The notes below the pieces were generated by a model. It ran no database searches, had not been told where the DNA came from, and saw only the letters and a list, made by a program, of their open reading frames with translations. Shown one piece after another: positions 1 through 9,454 of a stretch of 64,000 bases of DNA (positions are counted from its first letter, which is position 1; each line of letters opens with the position of its first letter). The translations under genes and the position numbers were made by a program. Source of the stretch: Promethearchaeota archaeon (GTDB lineage Archaea; Asgardarchaeota; Thorarchaeia; Thorarchaeales; Thorarchaeaceae); the NCBI GenBank assembly GCA_014728035.1, contig WJMJ01000022.1, positions 64,001-128,000 of the forward strand, written 5' to 3'.

Positions 1-64
1 TACTGATAGGCAACCACTCAACGAGTCCCTGAATTAGTGCAACAATAATCTGCCAAGGTTCCAT
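1..64 (-). CDS. uppP: Undecaprenyl-diphosphate phosphatase (UppP/BacA family), N-terminal fragment running off the window
   Basis: Not in ORF track. Reverse strand from ATG at 64 reads MEPWQIIVALIQGLVEWLPIS, matching the BacA GxxExLPISS motif. Confidence 0.8.
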   Translation of the reverse strand, partial: MEPWQIIVALIQGLVEWLPIS

Positions 65-138
65 ATTGCTTTCCTCTTCAAATTGAGGCGAAGTCCCCAA
101 GACTTAAAAGATTCCGTTAGAGGCTGCGCATTGAAGTT

Positions 139-810
139 GTGGATATAATGGTTCTTGATAATGGTCGCTATATTAGCTCTGAAATGGGCAACATAACCCA
201 AATGTTAGAAGAACACTTCAGAACTGCCCTCTCAATCAATAAAATGGTTGTAAATGCTGTAACGGAGTGGCTAGAAGAAAATAAAGCCATCCAGCCAGAC
301 ACTCTTTCCAAGATGACTGAACTAGAGGTACAAGGTGACTCGCTAAAAAGAAAACTCCTCCTCGAGCTTGCTAATGCCACAACACTGATGCAACGTGAGG
401 ATTTGCTTCGTCTTGTTCATTATAATGACAAATTGATAGATGGAGCAGAAATTGCTGGTTACCACCTTGCAGCTATGATGGACAAATGGGCGCCAACTGG
501 AGCTTTACGAGCAAAAGTGATTGAACTTGTCAATCTCTACATGTCAGAGATCAAAGAGCAGCGTGAAGCAGTACGTTTTCTCTCAATTAACATGGTAGAA
601 TCTATGAAGCGTGCTGATGAGATTTGCAAGATTGAAAAAGCTCTTGATGTGCTTCAACGCGAAATTCTTACTCTACTTTATTCTGAGAAGATTGACATAT
701 CTATACTCCTTAGATTTCGTGATTTCCTCAATACTATTGAAGAGCTCGCCAATCTTGGTGAAGATGCTGCAATCACAATTAGAAGTCTATCATTGACTCT
801 CAACACTTAG
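139..810 (+). CDS. DUF47/PhoU-like phosphate transport regulator
   Basis: Two helical repeats (ELEVQGDSLKRKL..REDLLRL..DKLID; EKALDVLQREIL..EELANLGEDAA) typical of DUF47. Confidence 0.75.
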   Translation: MDIMVLDNGRYISSEMGNITQMLEEHFRTALSINKMVVNAVTEWLEENKAIQPDTLSKMTELEVQGDSLKRKLLLELANATTLMQREDLLRLVHYNDKLIDGAEIAGYHLAAMMDKWAPTGALRAKVIELVNLYMSEIKEQREAVRFLSINMVESMKRADEICKIEKALDVLQREILTLLYSEKIDISILLRFRDFLNTIEELANLGEDAAITIRSLSLTLNT

Positions 811-823
811 TTGGTGTTTTGGA

Positions 824-1390
824 GTGGACACGAAACCAGAAATAGTTCCTACGGCAAAATTCACCGTTGATAGGGCTGTTGTCTGGAAGCCAGAAGATGG
901 TATGTATCTCTATGGGAATGGATATTTCGGTCAACCAGTAGGTATTAGAAAACCAAAGTCACCTGAGTTTGAAAAACCATTGGAACTTTCACTCATTGAA
1001 TGTGCCTATCTTATGAAAGAAAAGCGACTAAAGGTTCTATCAGTGAAATCTTCTGTTGAGATGACCCTTGAAGAAGTCATCCATGCTGGGTTGGAGATTG
1101 ATAAAGAGTTCAATGAGCGATTGAAAGTCTACACTGAACTTAGAAGTCGAGGATATATAGTGCGACCAGGACTGAAGTTTGGAACCGATTTTTCTGTATA
1201 CGAGAAAGGACCAGGTATCGATCATGCTCCATTTTTAGTTCATGTAATTCCTCAACGGGTGGGTGTTGAGCCTCTCGATATAGTTCGAGCAGGACGATTA
1301 GCAACGAGCGTGCGGAAAAAATTCCTTATTGCCACTATCAAAGACAATGGTCAAATTGTTTACTACTCGTTTGTATGGCATAGACCATGA
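824..1390 (+). CDS. endA: tRNA-intron endonuclease (catalytic)
   Basis: LSLIECAYL, GLKFGTDFSVY..GPGIDHAPF and RLATSVRK motifs carrying the Tyr/His/Lys triad. Confidence 0.93.
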   Translation: MDTKPEIVPTAKFTVDRAVVWKPEDGMYLYGNGYFGQPVGIRKPKSPEFEKPLELSLIECAYLMKEKRLKVLSVKSSVEMTLEEVIHAGLEIDKEFNERLKVYTELRSRGYIVRPGLKFGTDFSVYEKGPGIDHAPFLVHVIPQRVGVEPLDIVRAGRLATSVRKKFLIATIKDNGQIVYYSFVWHRP

Positions 1391-1487
1391 CATCAACATC
1401 ACTTTTTTAACGAACTACTAGTAAGACAAATAAAGGCTGAATACATCAGTCACTTATCCCTCTTATAGCCCACGAGGTAGATTCCTA

Positions 1488-1805
1488 ATGGCAGACAAGG
1501 CAGAAAACGCAAAGACCTTTGGAGCACTATTGGCTCAAGCATGGGAAAATACACCTTCCTTCATCTGTAGCAACGAATACTATATTTACTGCCTCTTTCC
1601 TGCAGATGAAACGAAGGAGCAATGGATTGAAGCATCAATCACTTTTCCTGATGGCTCATTAGATAAGAAAGACATCTCAGCTTCAAAAGCGATTGCTCTT
1701 CTTGTTGAAGAGCTGAAACTTTTGCCAACTTATGGTGCTGATACAATAGTAACATCAAAGGCCAAATTAGATCAAGTAGCCGTCAGACTGGGCACGTTGA
1801 CATAA
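1488..1805 (+). CDS. Hypothetical protein
   Basis: 105-aa ORF with GAGGT RBS and protein-like composition. Confidence 0.7.
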   Translation: MADKAENAKTFGALLAQAWENTPSFICSNEYYIYCLFPADETKEQWIEASITFPDGSLDKKDISASKAIALLVEELKLLPTYGADTIVTSKAKLDQVAVRLGTLT

Positions 1806-1873
1806 CACTCAGCTCAATACACGAAAATGATAGGCTCTAGGCCTATCGGAAATAGAAATGGGAGTGAAACCCG

Positions 1874-2683
1874 ATGTCAAAGGCGCTCATCGTTTGTCGA
1901 GAGTGTGGCCGTGAGGTCCCCGATGGACGATTTTGTAAGTTCTGCGGTAAACCTTTGGAAACAGAGGATAATATATCTCTTGAAGATGTTGAGGTCGATA
2001 CTGAAGAAACTTTGACATCTGATGTGATTTTATCCGAGTCGCATGAAGAAAAACTTCCTGAGTTCAGTATTGCGGTGGATGGCATGGATCATCGATCCTT
2101 AGCATCCATTCTTTCTAGGTCCGAACTTGTTGTACTACAATCAGACCTCGATTCGATTATCGAACAGATTCAAGCAATTCGTCAAGCTCTCAAGCTGGAA
2201 CACGCTGACAAAGACTTGTTAACTTCTCGTGCTCAAGAACTTCGAACTCGTTTTGACGCAGGTAAAGGTCGTCGAAGTGAGCTGTCTGAATTTCGTTCGA
2301 CTTTGAAGTTAGAGGAGTGTTCAGAAAAACTAGCTGCTGAAAATATTCGACTAGAAAAACTAGAAGAAATCAAGTCTACACTTGACTCAGCAGTCTATAA
2401 AGAACAAAAAGACGAGATATTAACCCGTATGAAGGCGTTTCGCCACGAGCTGAAAGCCCTCATTAAAGTGGGGAAATCTTGGAGAAAAGCTTTGAATAAC
2501 TCGGCCAAAGATATTGAGCGAAGTATTAATCGGGTCGAAGCAAAACACAAAATTGGAGATATTTCTGATAGCCATTATAGACGTTCGAAGGAAGAACTTG
2601 AGCGAGACCTAAGGATTCTAACTGGTGGGATAAAAATACTTGAGGAGGTAATTGATTCAGCTGAGCAAACTCTGAAAACTTAG
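1874..2683 (+). CDS. Double zinc-ribbon plus coiled-coil protein (CdvA-like C-terminus)
   Basis: CRECG..FCKFCG at the N-terminus, long heptad-rich helix, KHKIGDISDSHY motif; GGAGTG RBS. Confidence 0.6.
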   Translation: MSKALIVCRECGREVPDGRFCKFCGKPLETEDNISLEDVEVDTEETLTSDVILSESHEEKLPEFSIAVDGMDHRSLASILSRSELVVLQSDLDSIIEQIQAIRQALKLEHADKDLLTSRAQELRTRFDAGKGRRSELSEFRSTLKLEECSEKLAAENIRLEKLEEIKSTLDSAVYKEQKDEILTRMKAFRHELKALIKVGKSWRKALNNSAKDIERSINRVEAKHKIGDISDSHYRRSKEELERDLRILTGGIKILEEVIDSAEQTLKT

Positions 2684-2700
2684 CTGATATACTGGAGTGA

Positions 2701-3015
2701 ATGATAATGAGCACTCTTCCAGAATGTAGTCCCCTATGTAAGAAATTTAAATGCGAAAAACAGCCTCGTGCTTTGAAGATTCGTAGAAAAAGTGGTCAAA
2801 AGATCATTTGGTGCACGTGGGTTGATGACGAATGTGATGGCCCCTTTTGCAAATTTGGGGCATGTGCAATACGAAAGATGACCATGGATGGGTATTGTAA
2901 ACGTGTAACCAAGAAAAAGGAACCTGATGATTTGGATTATATTGATGACGATTTCCCCTCTGATGAAGCTATTCCGAAGAAATATGCTAAGAAAATCAAA
3001 ACAAAAGGGAAATAG
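2701..3015 (+). CDS. Cys-rich metal-binding hypothetical protein
   Basis: CSPLCKKFKC and WCTWVDDECDGPFCKFGAC..DGYC; acidic/basic tail; GGAGTG RBS. Confidence 0.7.
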   Translation: MIMSTLPECSPLCKKFKCEKQPRALKIRRKSGQKIIWCTWVDDECDGPFCKFGACAIRKMTMDGYCKRVTKKKEPDDLDYIDDDFPSDEAIPKKYAKKIKTKGK

Positions 3016-3021
3016 TCTTTA

Positions 3022-3043
3022 TGGGCAAGGTTGACCTTGCCCA
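3022..3043 (+). terminator. Hairpin TGGGCAAGG-TTGA-CCTTGCCCA
   Basis: Perfect 9-bp stem starting 6 nt after the stop codon. Confidence 0.55.
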
Positions 3044-3092
3044 AATCTCTATAAGCAGTATCATGTTGCATCAGTTTGTCAGGTGATATAAG

Positions 3093-3218
3093 TTGTTTGA
3101 GGAAATCCGCTCTGAGATGAGAGCTCTTATAGCTTTCATGATTGGTATATCCCTCTTGGGAATTGGTATTCTTTTGGAACAGATGCTCTTTGCTATAAAG
3201 TATCTTGGACCTCCATAG
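3093..3218 (+). CDS. 41-aa single-TM microprotein (not in ORF track)
   Basis: AGGTGA RBS at 3081-3086, TTG start, MFEEIRSEMRALIAFMIGISLLGIGILLEQMLFAIKYLGPP*; fills the intergenic gap. Confidence 0.65.
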   Translation: MFEEIRSEMRALIAFMIGISLLGIGILLEQMLFAIKYLGPP

Positions 3219-3231
3219 AACAATAATCTGA

Positions 3232-4227
3232 GTGATTCTTTTGAAGTCATTAGAAAAGATAGTATCTTCACTTAGAAGCTTTGATGGAATCGCTAGGAAG
3301 TTCGTAATACCCAACATAATTCATAGATTACGTGATAGCTCGTATAATGGGAATCTTCCACATTCTCTTGGTGAAGATTCTGCAGCAATCGGAACCGATT
3401 GTGATGATTTTGTTCTACTTACTACTGATGCGATTGTTGAAGAATTATGTCTTAATCATCCACATGCAGCGGGATTCAATGCAGTTCTTGCAAATATAAT
3501 GGACATCTATGCAGCAGGTGGAACTCCTACCTCGTTTGCTGTAGCACTCTCTTACTCTGACCCTCAAATCGGTGATAATCTGTTACAAGGTCTAATAGAT
3601 GGTTCACACACATTTCGAGTACCGATAGTACGTGGTCATACTAATCCCTCATCATCTTCAACTTACGTTGTTGGATCTGCAACTGGTACAGTCAATAAGC
3701 ATGATATTCTTACAGCTGGTGGTGCTGAAGAAGATGACCAACTGATTATTCTGTTTGATAAAACCGGACAGCGTGGTGAACATTATACCCTCGGCTGGGA
3801 CGCGGTTACCAATCGACAATCTGAAGAAGTAATCAAACGTCTCTCTTTGATGAATTCTCTTGCCAAAGAACATCTTGTTCATGCTGCAAAGGATATTTCG
3901 GTTGCTGGAATGGTTGGAACAACAGGAATGATGTTGGAATATTCGGGGAAGGGTGGCATTTTAGACCTAGATGAAATTGATGCACATCGCCCCGACTCTA
4001 TAAGTTTTGAAGATTGGCTTCGAATGTATATCTCACTGGGATTCTTAGTTGCAGTCCCTCAAGAAAACAAATCCCGACTCTTTGATTTGTCTGCTCAACA
4101 TGCATTGTATGCTGTAGAAATAGGTGTTGTTAATTCATCAGAAAATCTCGCACTTAAGTCAGGCTCAAATACTGAGATAATGTTTGATTTTTCAAGTGGT
4201 CCATTACTAACCCCAAAAAGAATGTAA
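3232..4227 (+). CDS. AIR synthase (PurM/SelD/ThiL superfamily)-related protein, methanogenesis marker 2/sll0787-like
   Basis: GEDSAAI, TDAI, ANIMDIYAAGGTP, GHT and AAKDIS motifs; true start probably TTG 3241. Confidence 0.75.
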   Translation: MILLKSLEKIVSSLRSFDGIARKFVIPNIIHRLRDSSYNGNLPHSLGEDSAAIGTDCDDFVLLTTDAIVEELCLNHPHAAGFNAVLANIMDIYAAGGTPTSFAVALSYSDPQIGDNLLQGLIDGSHTFRVPIVRGHTNPSSSSTYVVGSATGTVNKHDILTAGGAEEDDQLIILFDKTGQRGEHYTLGWDAVTNRQSEEVIKRLSLMNSLAKEHLVHAAKDISVAGMVGTTGMMLEYSGKGGILDLDEIDAHRPDSISFEDWLRMYISLGFLVAVPQENKSRLFDLSAQHALYAVEIGVVNSSENLALKSGSNTEIMFDFSSGPLLTPKRM

Positions 4228-4278
4228 TACTGATTAGTCCGTCAACGTTATAATGCCATAATCCCGTAAAGACCTGAA

Positions 4279-4500
4279 GTGGCAAACGTGTCAAAGAAAG
4301 TTTGTAGTATTGTTGGTTGTGAAAAGCCTTCGAAGAGGTCATTTGCAACATCCCGAATCGGTAAGAGTATCTCTAATGCAGGTCTACAACTGGAGGATGC
4401 TCGCTCACGAAAAGCCTATCTTTGTAGAGATCATTGGAAAAAAGTCAAGAAATATTACAAGAAAGATACAAAGGCTGAACGATTACGCTGGGGTCATTGA
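4279..4500 (+). CDS. Small basic zinc-finger protein
   Basis: CSIVGC...YLCRDH pattern; K/R-rich. Confidence 0.7.
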   Translation: MANVSKKVCSIVGCEKPSKRSFATSRIGKSISNAGLQLEDARSRKAYLCRDHWKKVKKYYKKDTKAERLRWGH

Positions 4501-4548
4501 CCAGGTTTTTCCAATGCTCTGGTCTTCTCCAAGTTATAAGGTGATGAG

Positions 4549-4887
4549 ATGACCGATGAACTATCCTCTCTCTTGAGCCCAAATTACAAGTTGTGGTTGG
4601 AACACGATGGCGAATATGTTTTTGGTCCGGGTGCTTATGCGATACTGGTAAGCATCGATGAAGAGGGTACTATTACTAAGGGCGCCGAGGCACTCGGTAT
4701 GTCCTACAGATATGCTTGGGGTGTTATTAAGAAGATTGAGAAAAAATTAGGTTTTCCTCTTCTTGAAACTTTCAAAGGTGGTACAGTTGGTGGTGGAGGC
4801 GCAATTGTTACAGAAAAAGGAAAGCAGCTAATGGAGATGTTTGTTCGGGTTAAAACCGAATTGGATCATGTCATTCAGAACAAATGA
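4549..4887 (+). CDS. ModE-like winged-helix regulator (Mo/W-responsive family)
   Basis: GTITKGAEALGMSYRYAW..E..LG.PL..GG..GGGA.VT HTH signature. Confidence 0.85.
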   Translation: MTDELSSLLSPNYKLWLEHDGEYVFGPGAYAILVSIDEEGTITKGAEALGMSYRYAWGVIKKIEKKLGFPLLETFKGGTVGGGGAIVTEKGKQLMEMFVRVKTELDHVIQNK

Positions 4888-4967
4888 CAGAATTATTTTG
4901 AAAAAGGTTAAGATTTGGTTGCTTTACCAGAATTGCATCTTGGCTCCACAACCATAATCTGTTTTAT

Positions 4968-6044
4968 TTAACCGAATTTAATCTCGATAGCTCCGTTTGG
5001 ACAGTGACTGAGACATTCCAGACACATGATACAATCTGGAGAGTGTACATGCTGATACGGAAACCTTCTGATTCGTATATTCATTGGACAGACTACCTCA
5101 CAGGTATTGCATTCCTTAGGAGTACATTTTGCAGGGTTTCTGCCTATTCCTATCAGCGAATCTCTAGCTATTACTCCATATAACCATCCAGCTGGACATA
5201 GCCATCTGCAGAACCAACGTGGGAACCATATTGAAACAATGACAACAAGTGCTACAAATCCAATTTGCGCTAGGAAAATTCCCCAAGTTGAAATCAACCA
5301 GAGTGTTTCAATACTAGTAGGCCATGCTTGTTCTGGTGCGAGTTTGAAAATAATATATGCTGGATTTATGGGATCAAATGCTGCATACGCAAATAAACCA
5401 AGGGTATTGATGAGATTCTCTGCACTGTTCTGAAGAACACTTACAAACATCCAGACCGCCAAGAACATCACAATAATGAAGAGATATCCTTTGACACGTC
5501 GTAATTCTTCCTCGGTGTTTGGAGCTGGTCTTATTTTCTCACGGGTTAGTAACGATGCAAAATCCTGAAATGTTCCAATTGGACAGACCCAACCACAAGC
5601 GGCGCGTCCTACTATTGCCAGGATAATAATCATTGCTCCAAGGGTGAAGAACGGAAAAATTCCTGCTGTAAACTCTCTCTGCATAGTATCAAAAGAACCA
5701 GCTATCATTGCAAATGGAGCTTCTAAAGGTGCAATTATCGGTAATGTGGGTAGCAAATTTCTAAATTGCTCCCAGAAGATTGTGACCTGTTCGAGTCCAA
5801 ACCATGCCGTGAAGATATAGGCATTGATTGCAAATATGAAGAATATCTGAACCAGTCTCCGAAGCATTCTGATGTTGACCAGGAGCGAGAGCGGATACGG
5901 TATTCTACCTTTGACTTTGCGTTTCTTATCTTTCTTCTTCTCCTTTTCTGGAGCACTCTCTTTCTTTTTGGGTTTGGTCTCTTCGGAATCAGCTTCATCA
6001 GCTTTTTCTTCGGACCTTTCGCCTTCCTCTGACATAGCAATCAA
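4968..6044 (-). CDS. Membrane 4Fe-4S protein, NapH/MauN/RdxA family
   Basis: GRAACGWVCPIG, RWFCRWLCPAG and C-terminal ferredoxin motifs (CNTCEVVCP, CIMCLECLSHCP); several TMs. Confidence 0.85.
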   Translation of the reverse strand: MIAMSEEGERSEEKADEADSEETKPKKKESAPEKEKKKDKKRKVKGRIPYPLSLLVNIRMLRRLVQIFFIFAINAYIFTAWFGLEQVTIFWEQFRNLLPTLPIIAPLEAPFAMIAGSFDTMQREFTAGIFPFFTLGAMIIILAIVGRAACGWVCPIGTFQDFASLLTREKIRPAPNTEEELRRVKGYLFIIVMFLAVWMFVSVLQNSAENLINTLGLFAYAAFDPINPAYIIFKLAPEQAWPTSIETLWLISTWGIFLAQIGFVALVVIVSIWFPRWFCRWLCPAGWLYGVIARDSLIGIGRNPAKCTPKECNTCEVVCPMNIRIRRFPYQHVHSPDCIMCLECLSHCPNGAIEIKFG

Positions 6045-6133
6045 TCTCGCCTAAGGCGTTCTAGCGGCGAAAACTTGAACCAGTATTAAAAACATTGTGT
6101 TGAGTGTGGTTATCAACAATCATCATTCTCGAT

Positions 6134-6547
6134 TTAGCTCAGCGCTATGAATTTTACCAACAGCTCTCCATCATTTACTTTTACTACATTAAGATTGTAA
6201 GCTCCCGCTGACTCGGGAGGTATGAGAATGATAGTACTTGTATAAGTTTCAACCCACGTAATGGTCTGTATCATGTCGTGTTGGAATGTAATCGTGAGAG
6301 TGGAACCAGAAGCACTAATCGACACACCAGATGGGACCTCAATTTCGACAAGCGTGTCATTTGTAATGCCACAATCCGTACTATTCACGATGTCATGTAC
6401 TTGTTCTGCAAAGACCTGTGCTGTTTCTATCTGGGTTGCGTTATTCACGGTATTCATTGCATATAGCAATACTGGAACTCCGACCAAGACTGCAGTTGTA
6501 AGTCCCACAGCAACTAACATCATTTTTTCTAGAGATCTTGATACCAT
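6134..6547 (-). CDS. Pilin-like membrane-anchored/secreted protein
   Basis: Probable start MVSRSLEKMML followed by a hydrophobic helix and a beta-rich domain; resembles class III signal-peptide proteins. Confidence 0.45.
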   Translation of the reverse strand: MVSRSLEKMMLVAVGLTTAVLVGVPVLLYAMNTVNNATQIETAQVFAEQVHDIVNSTDCGITNDTLVEIEVPSGVSISASGSTLTITFQHDMIQTITWVETYTSTIILIPPESAGAYNLNVVKVNDGELLVKFIALS

Positions 6548-6637
6548 ATCTTTCAATGATACAACATTACTCATAAACTGCTCTCTTTTCGTCAAAGTTT
6601 TTACAGATGAAATTCACCTGAAACCTGAGGAGTATTC

Positions 6638-8029
6638 ATGGATGCGCCTATTCCCGTACATATTGGATTAGTAGGTCACATCGATCACGGAAAGACCGAA
6701 CTGGCTCGAGCTCTAAGTGAGAAAGTCTTCACGGCCGGTCTTGATCGTCATCCTCAAGCGAAGAAACGTGGAATCACAATAGATCTCGGGTTCACAATGT
6801 TCAACCTCGGGAATTTTCTAGTGACGCTTGTTGATGCACCCGGTCATGCAGATCTAATAAGGAGTGTTGTTGCTGGCGCAAATATCATTGATGCTGCAAT
6901 TCTTGTAGTAGCAGCTGATGAGGGGCCAAAGATTCAAACTGGAGAACATATCGTCGTTCTGAAATCCATGGGTATCACCAACATCTGTGTAGCTTTGACA
7001 AAATGTGATTTAGTTGGCGAAAAAAGTCAGAAGAAAGTAGCATCTCAAATGCGTGATATCTTCAAGTCTATTGGAATGAAATCTATCGATATTGTCCCAT
7101 TATCAGCAAAGACTGGCTATGGACTTGAGGCGTTACGAGAAGTACTTTTGAATACTCTTAAACCAAAAACACGCCTTGTTGACGGTTCTTTTCTACTTCC
7201 TATTGATCATGCATTTTCAGTTCGTGGGCATGGTACCGTTGCCACTGGGACTATTCTAAGTGGATCGATATCTCTGGGAGATTCTATCGAACTTATGCCA
7301 CAGGGAACTACCACAAAATTGCGAGCTATTCAAACTTTTGGAGTTGGTCGTGAATCAGCTCGGGCTGGTGATAGAGTTGGTTTCAATATTCCTGATATCA
7401 AATCTGAAATCATCAGCCGAGGAAACTATCTTTGTTCACCGGGCAGTATGAAAAAAACGAGTCATCTAGTGGTTAGAATTGAACGAAATGCATTGTACAA
7501 AGGACGTATATCAAAAGAAATGACTGTTAGTGCTACAGTAGGTATGCCAACAGTCACAGCAAAACTGATTCCATTTGTTGTTGAAACGGAAAAAAATTTG
7601 ATAATTCACGAGTCTACATCCAGTATCTTTGATGCTTTATTGCTTCTACAGCATGAAATTGCAGTCCAGCATGAAACAAAGGTTCTTCTTCTTCGTACCG
7701 ATTTACCTCCCAACTCAATGCGTATCATCGGTTCCGGCTATGTGATTAATTTCGATGGTGATATCCCTCTTCATAAAAAGAGGGTTCGTTACGGCCACAT
7801 CACTCGCATACGGGAAGATGATGTACTAGTCGAAGGTCTTGTTAGCAATAAAGAAGCCGCCTTGAAGTTGAGGGATTCACCAGTAAGGACCACCCAAGAC
7901 ATTTCTGGTGTAATTAAGATGCCATTTGGAACCCGAGGAGTTCTTTCTGTGGTTTTCGACCAAGAAGTTAATCTGGGTGAAAAGGTTATTTTTGAACAAT
8001 TTGTAGAGGTGAAAATCTCCAATGACTAA
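6638..8029 (+). CDS. selB: Selenocysteine-specific elongation factor, archaeal type
   Basis: GHIDHGKT, RGITIDLGF, DAPGH, QTGEH, TKCD, PIDHAF..GHGTV.TGT; archaeal length; Sec gene neighbourhood. Confidence 0.93.
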   Translation: MDAPIPVHIGLVGHIDHGKTELARALSEKVFTAGLDRHPQAKKRGITIDLGFTMFNLGNFLVTLVDAPGHADLIRSVVAGANIIDAAILVVAADEGPKIQTGEHIVVLKSMGITNICVALTKCDLVGEKSQKKVASQMRDIFKSIGMKSIDIVPLSAKTGYGLEALREVLLNTLKPKTRLVDGSFLLPIDHAFSVRGHGTVATGTILSGSISLGDSIELMPQGTTTKLRAIQTFGVGRESARAGDRVGFNIPDIKSEIISRGNYLCSPGSMKKTSHLVVRIERNALYKGRISKEMTVSATVGMPTVTAKLIPFVVETEKNLIIHESTSSIFDALLLLQHEIAVQHETKVLLLRTDLPPNSMRIIGSGYVINFDGDIPLHKKRVRYGHITRIREDDVLVEGLVSNKEAALKLRDSPVRTTQDISGVIKMPFGTRGVLSVVFDQEVNLGEKVIFEQFVEVKISND

Positions 8030-9341
8030 AGATTTGACTGAGCATCTACTTGATTTGATACCTACAAACATAAGTGACCGAGGAAAAATCACACTGGATG
8101 CTCGCCTTGCACCAATCCGAGATATATTAAATCGTCAGAGATTTCCTGCGACCCCTCTTACAGATTGGCAAATAGAACAGTTGTTGAACCTATTTTCATC
8201 TATGGATTCTGACAAAGATCCAGATGCTGCTCGGATGGGAGAACGTGAAGGTAGGGTTGCATCACCTCTTGTTTCACAACTTGCAGGTGGATTTAATCAT
8301 GGAATTGGACGCAGTGGGCGCATTTTAGCACCTCAACCCAAGGCTGCTGGTGCATCCTTGATGCAAAAACTAACCAATAATATCGTTCTTGATGCGATTA
8401 AACAGCTTGGCCTTCACAATGTTCGTGCAGCAATGATTCTCCCATTGGGAACCGGAATGAGTATAGCTCTCACATTAAGTATGCTGCGTCGTGAGTATAA
8501 TATTCAGAATGTGCTGTATCCAAGAATTGATCATACCTCCCCAAAGAGAGGTATTGATTTGGTCGGAGTCACGATGGTTTCAGTTGCAACCGAACTTAAA
8601 GGAGATGGTGTTCAAGTTGACATGAATGATTTTGAGAAAAAACTGGGAGATACCAAATCATCCTGTGTACTAGGTACATCTACGTTCTTTGCTCCAAGAG
8701 AATCTGACCCTATTAAACCAATGGCGAAAATGTGTTTGGAGCATGATGTTCCGTTTATTGTCAATAATGCGTACGGAATTCAGTCAGAATCCGTCATGGC
8801 ATCGATTAGTTCTGCTATTGATGCTGGGCGAGTAGATGCAGTGATACAGAGTACTGACAAGAACTTTCTAACCCCAGTTGGTGGCTCTATCGTCGTTTCA
8901 CCCAATGAATCCACCATAAATGAAATTGCAGAGAGCTATGCCGGACGTGCTACTGCTGCTCCGATTGTTCAGACATTGTCTTCTCTTCTTGCAATTGGAT
9001 ATGAGAGATACATCGAATTGCGTAAAATACAATTGGAGAACCGTCGGATGCTTGAATCGCTCCTTGCTGATGAAGCTGAACGCTTGAACCAACGAGTTCT
9101 AGATATTGACAATCCTGTTTCATGTGCACTAACATTGGATGGATTTGATGTACGCGAGATTGGCGCAAGATTATACCAGCATAGAGTAACTGGTCCTCGT
9201 GCAGTGCAGAAGAATTCGTACGGTTCCTGTATCGAAGGTTATCCTCATGATTACCTCGTGATGAACGCTGCGATTGGATCCCAAAAGAAAGACATTACCA
9301 TTGCTGTGGACCGGTTAATTTCAGAATTAAAGAAAATATGA
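8022..9341 (+). CDS. spcS: O-phosphoseryl-tRNA(Sec) selenium transferase (SepSecS)
   Basis: GEREGRV, HGIGRSG, PQPKAAG, NNAYG and the PLP motif QSTDKNF; overlaps the selB stop. Confidence 0.95.
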   Translation: MTKDLTEHLLDLIPTNISDRGKITLDARLAPIRDILNRQRFPATPLTDWQIEQLLNLFSSMDSDKDPDAARMGEREGRVASPLVSQLAGGFNHGIGRSGRILAPQPKAAGASLMQKLTNNIVLDAIKQLGLHNVRAAMILPLGTGMSIALTLSMLRREYNIQNVLYPRIDHTSPKRGIDLVGVTMVSVATELKGDGVQVDMNDFEKKLGDTKSSCVLGTSTFFAPRESDPIKPMAKMCLEHDVPFIVNNAYGIQSESVMASISSAIDAGRVDAVIQSTDKNFLTPVGGSIVVSPNESTINEIAESYAGRATAAPIVQTLSSLLAIGYERYIELRKIQLENRRMLESLLADEAERLNQRVLDIDNPVSCALTLDGFDVREIGARLYQHRVTGPRAVQKNSYGSCIEGYPHDYLVMNAAIGSQKKDITIAVDRLISELKKI

Positions 9342-9353
9342 CAATATCATGTA

Positions 9354-9390
9354 CTCTTGTTTAAATCCCAAGAGGTTATATATATAGGGT
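9354..9390 (+). promoter_or_regulatory. Hairpin after spcS followed by a TATA box for the 9455 gene
   Basis: CTCTTG/CAAGAG stem 9354-9374, then TTATATATATA at 9376. Confidence 0.45.
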
Positions 9391-9454
9391 AAAAACCATC
9401 TTTTGTAGAATCATTATACGTAGACGGTCTCTATTCGAAACATAGCAGAGAGGC

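Noticed and set aside
3196-4227. PurM-superfamily gene as selenophosphate synthetase SelD, with the in-frame TGA at 3229-3231 read as Sec
   Set aside because: The upstream frame (LDLHRTII*) has no G-[C/U]-x-x-K SelD motif and is closed by TAA at 3196; the TGA is part of an RBS-like GAGTGA, and the motifs fit the marker-2/sll0787 group
5915-6040. Purine-skewed low-complexity tract
   Set aside because: It encodes the K/E-rich disordered N-terminus of the NapH-like protein and is not a DNA repeat
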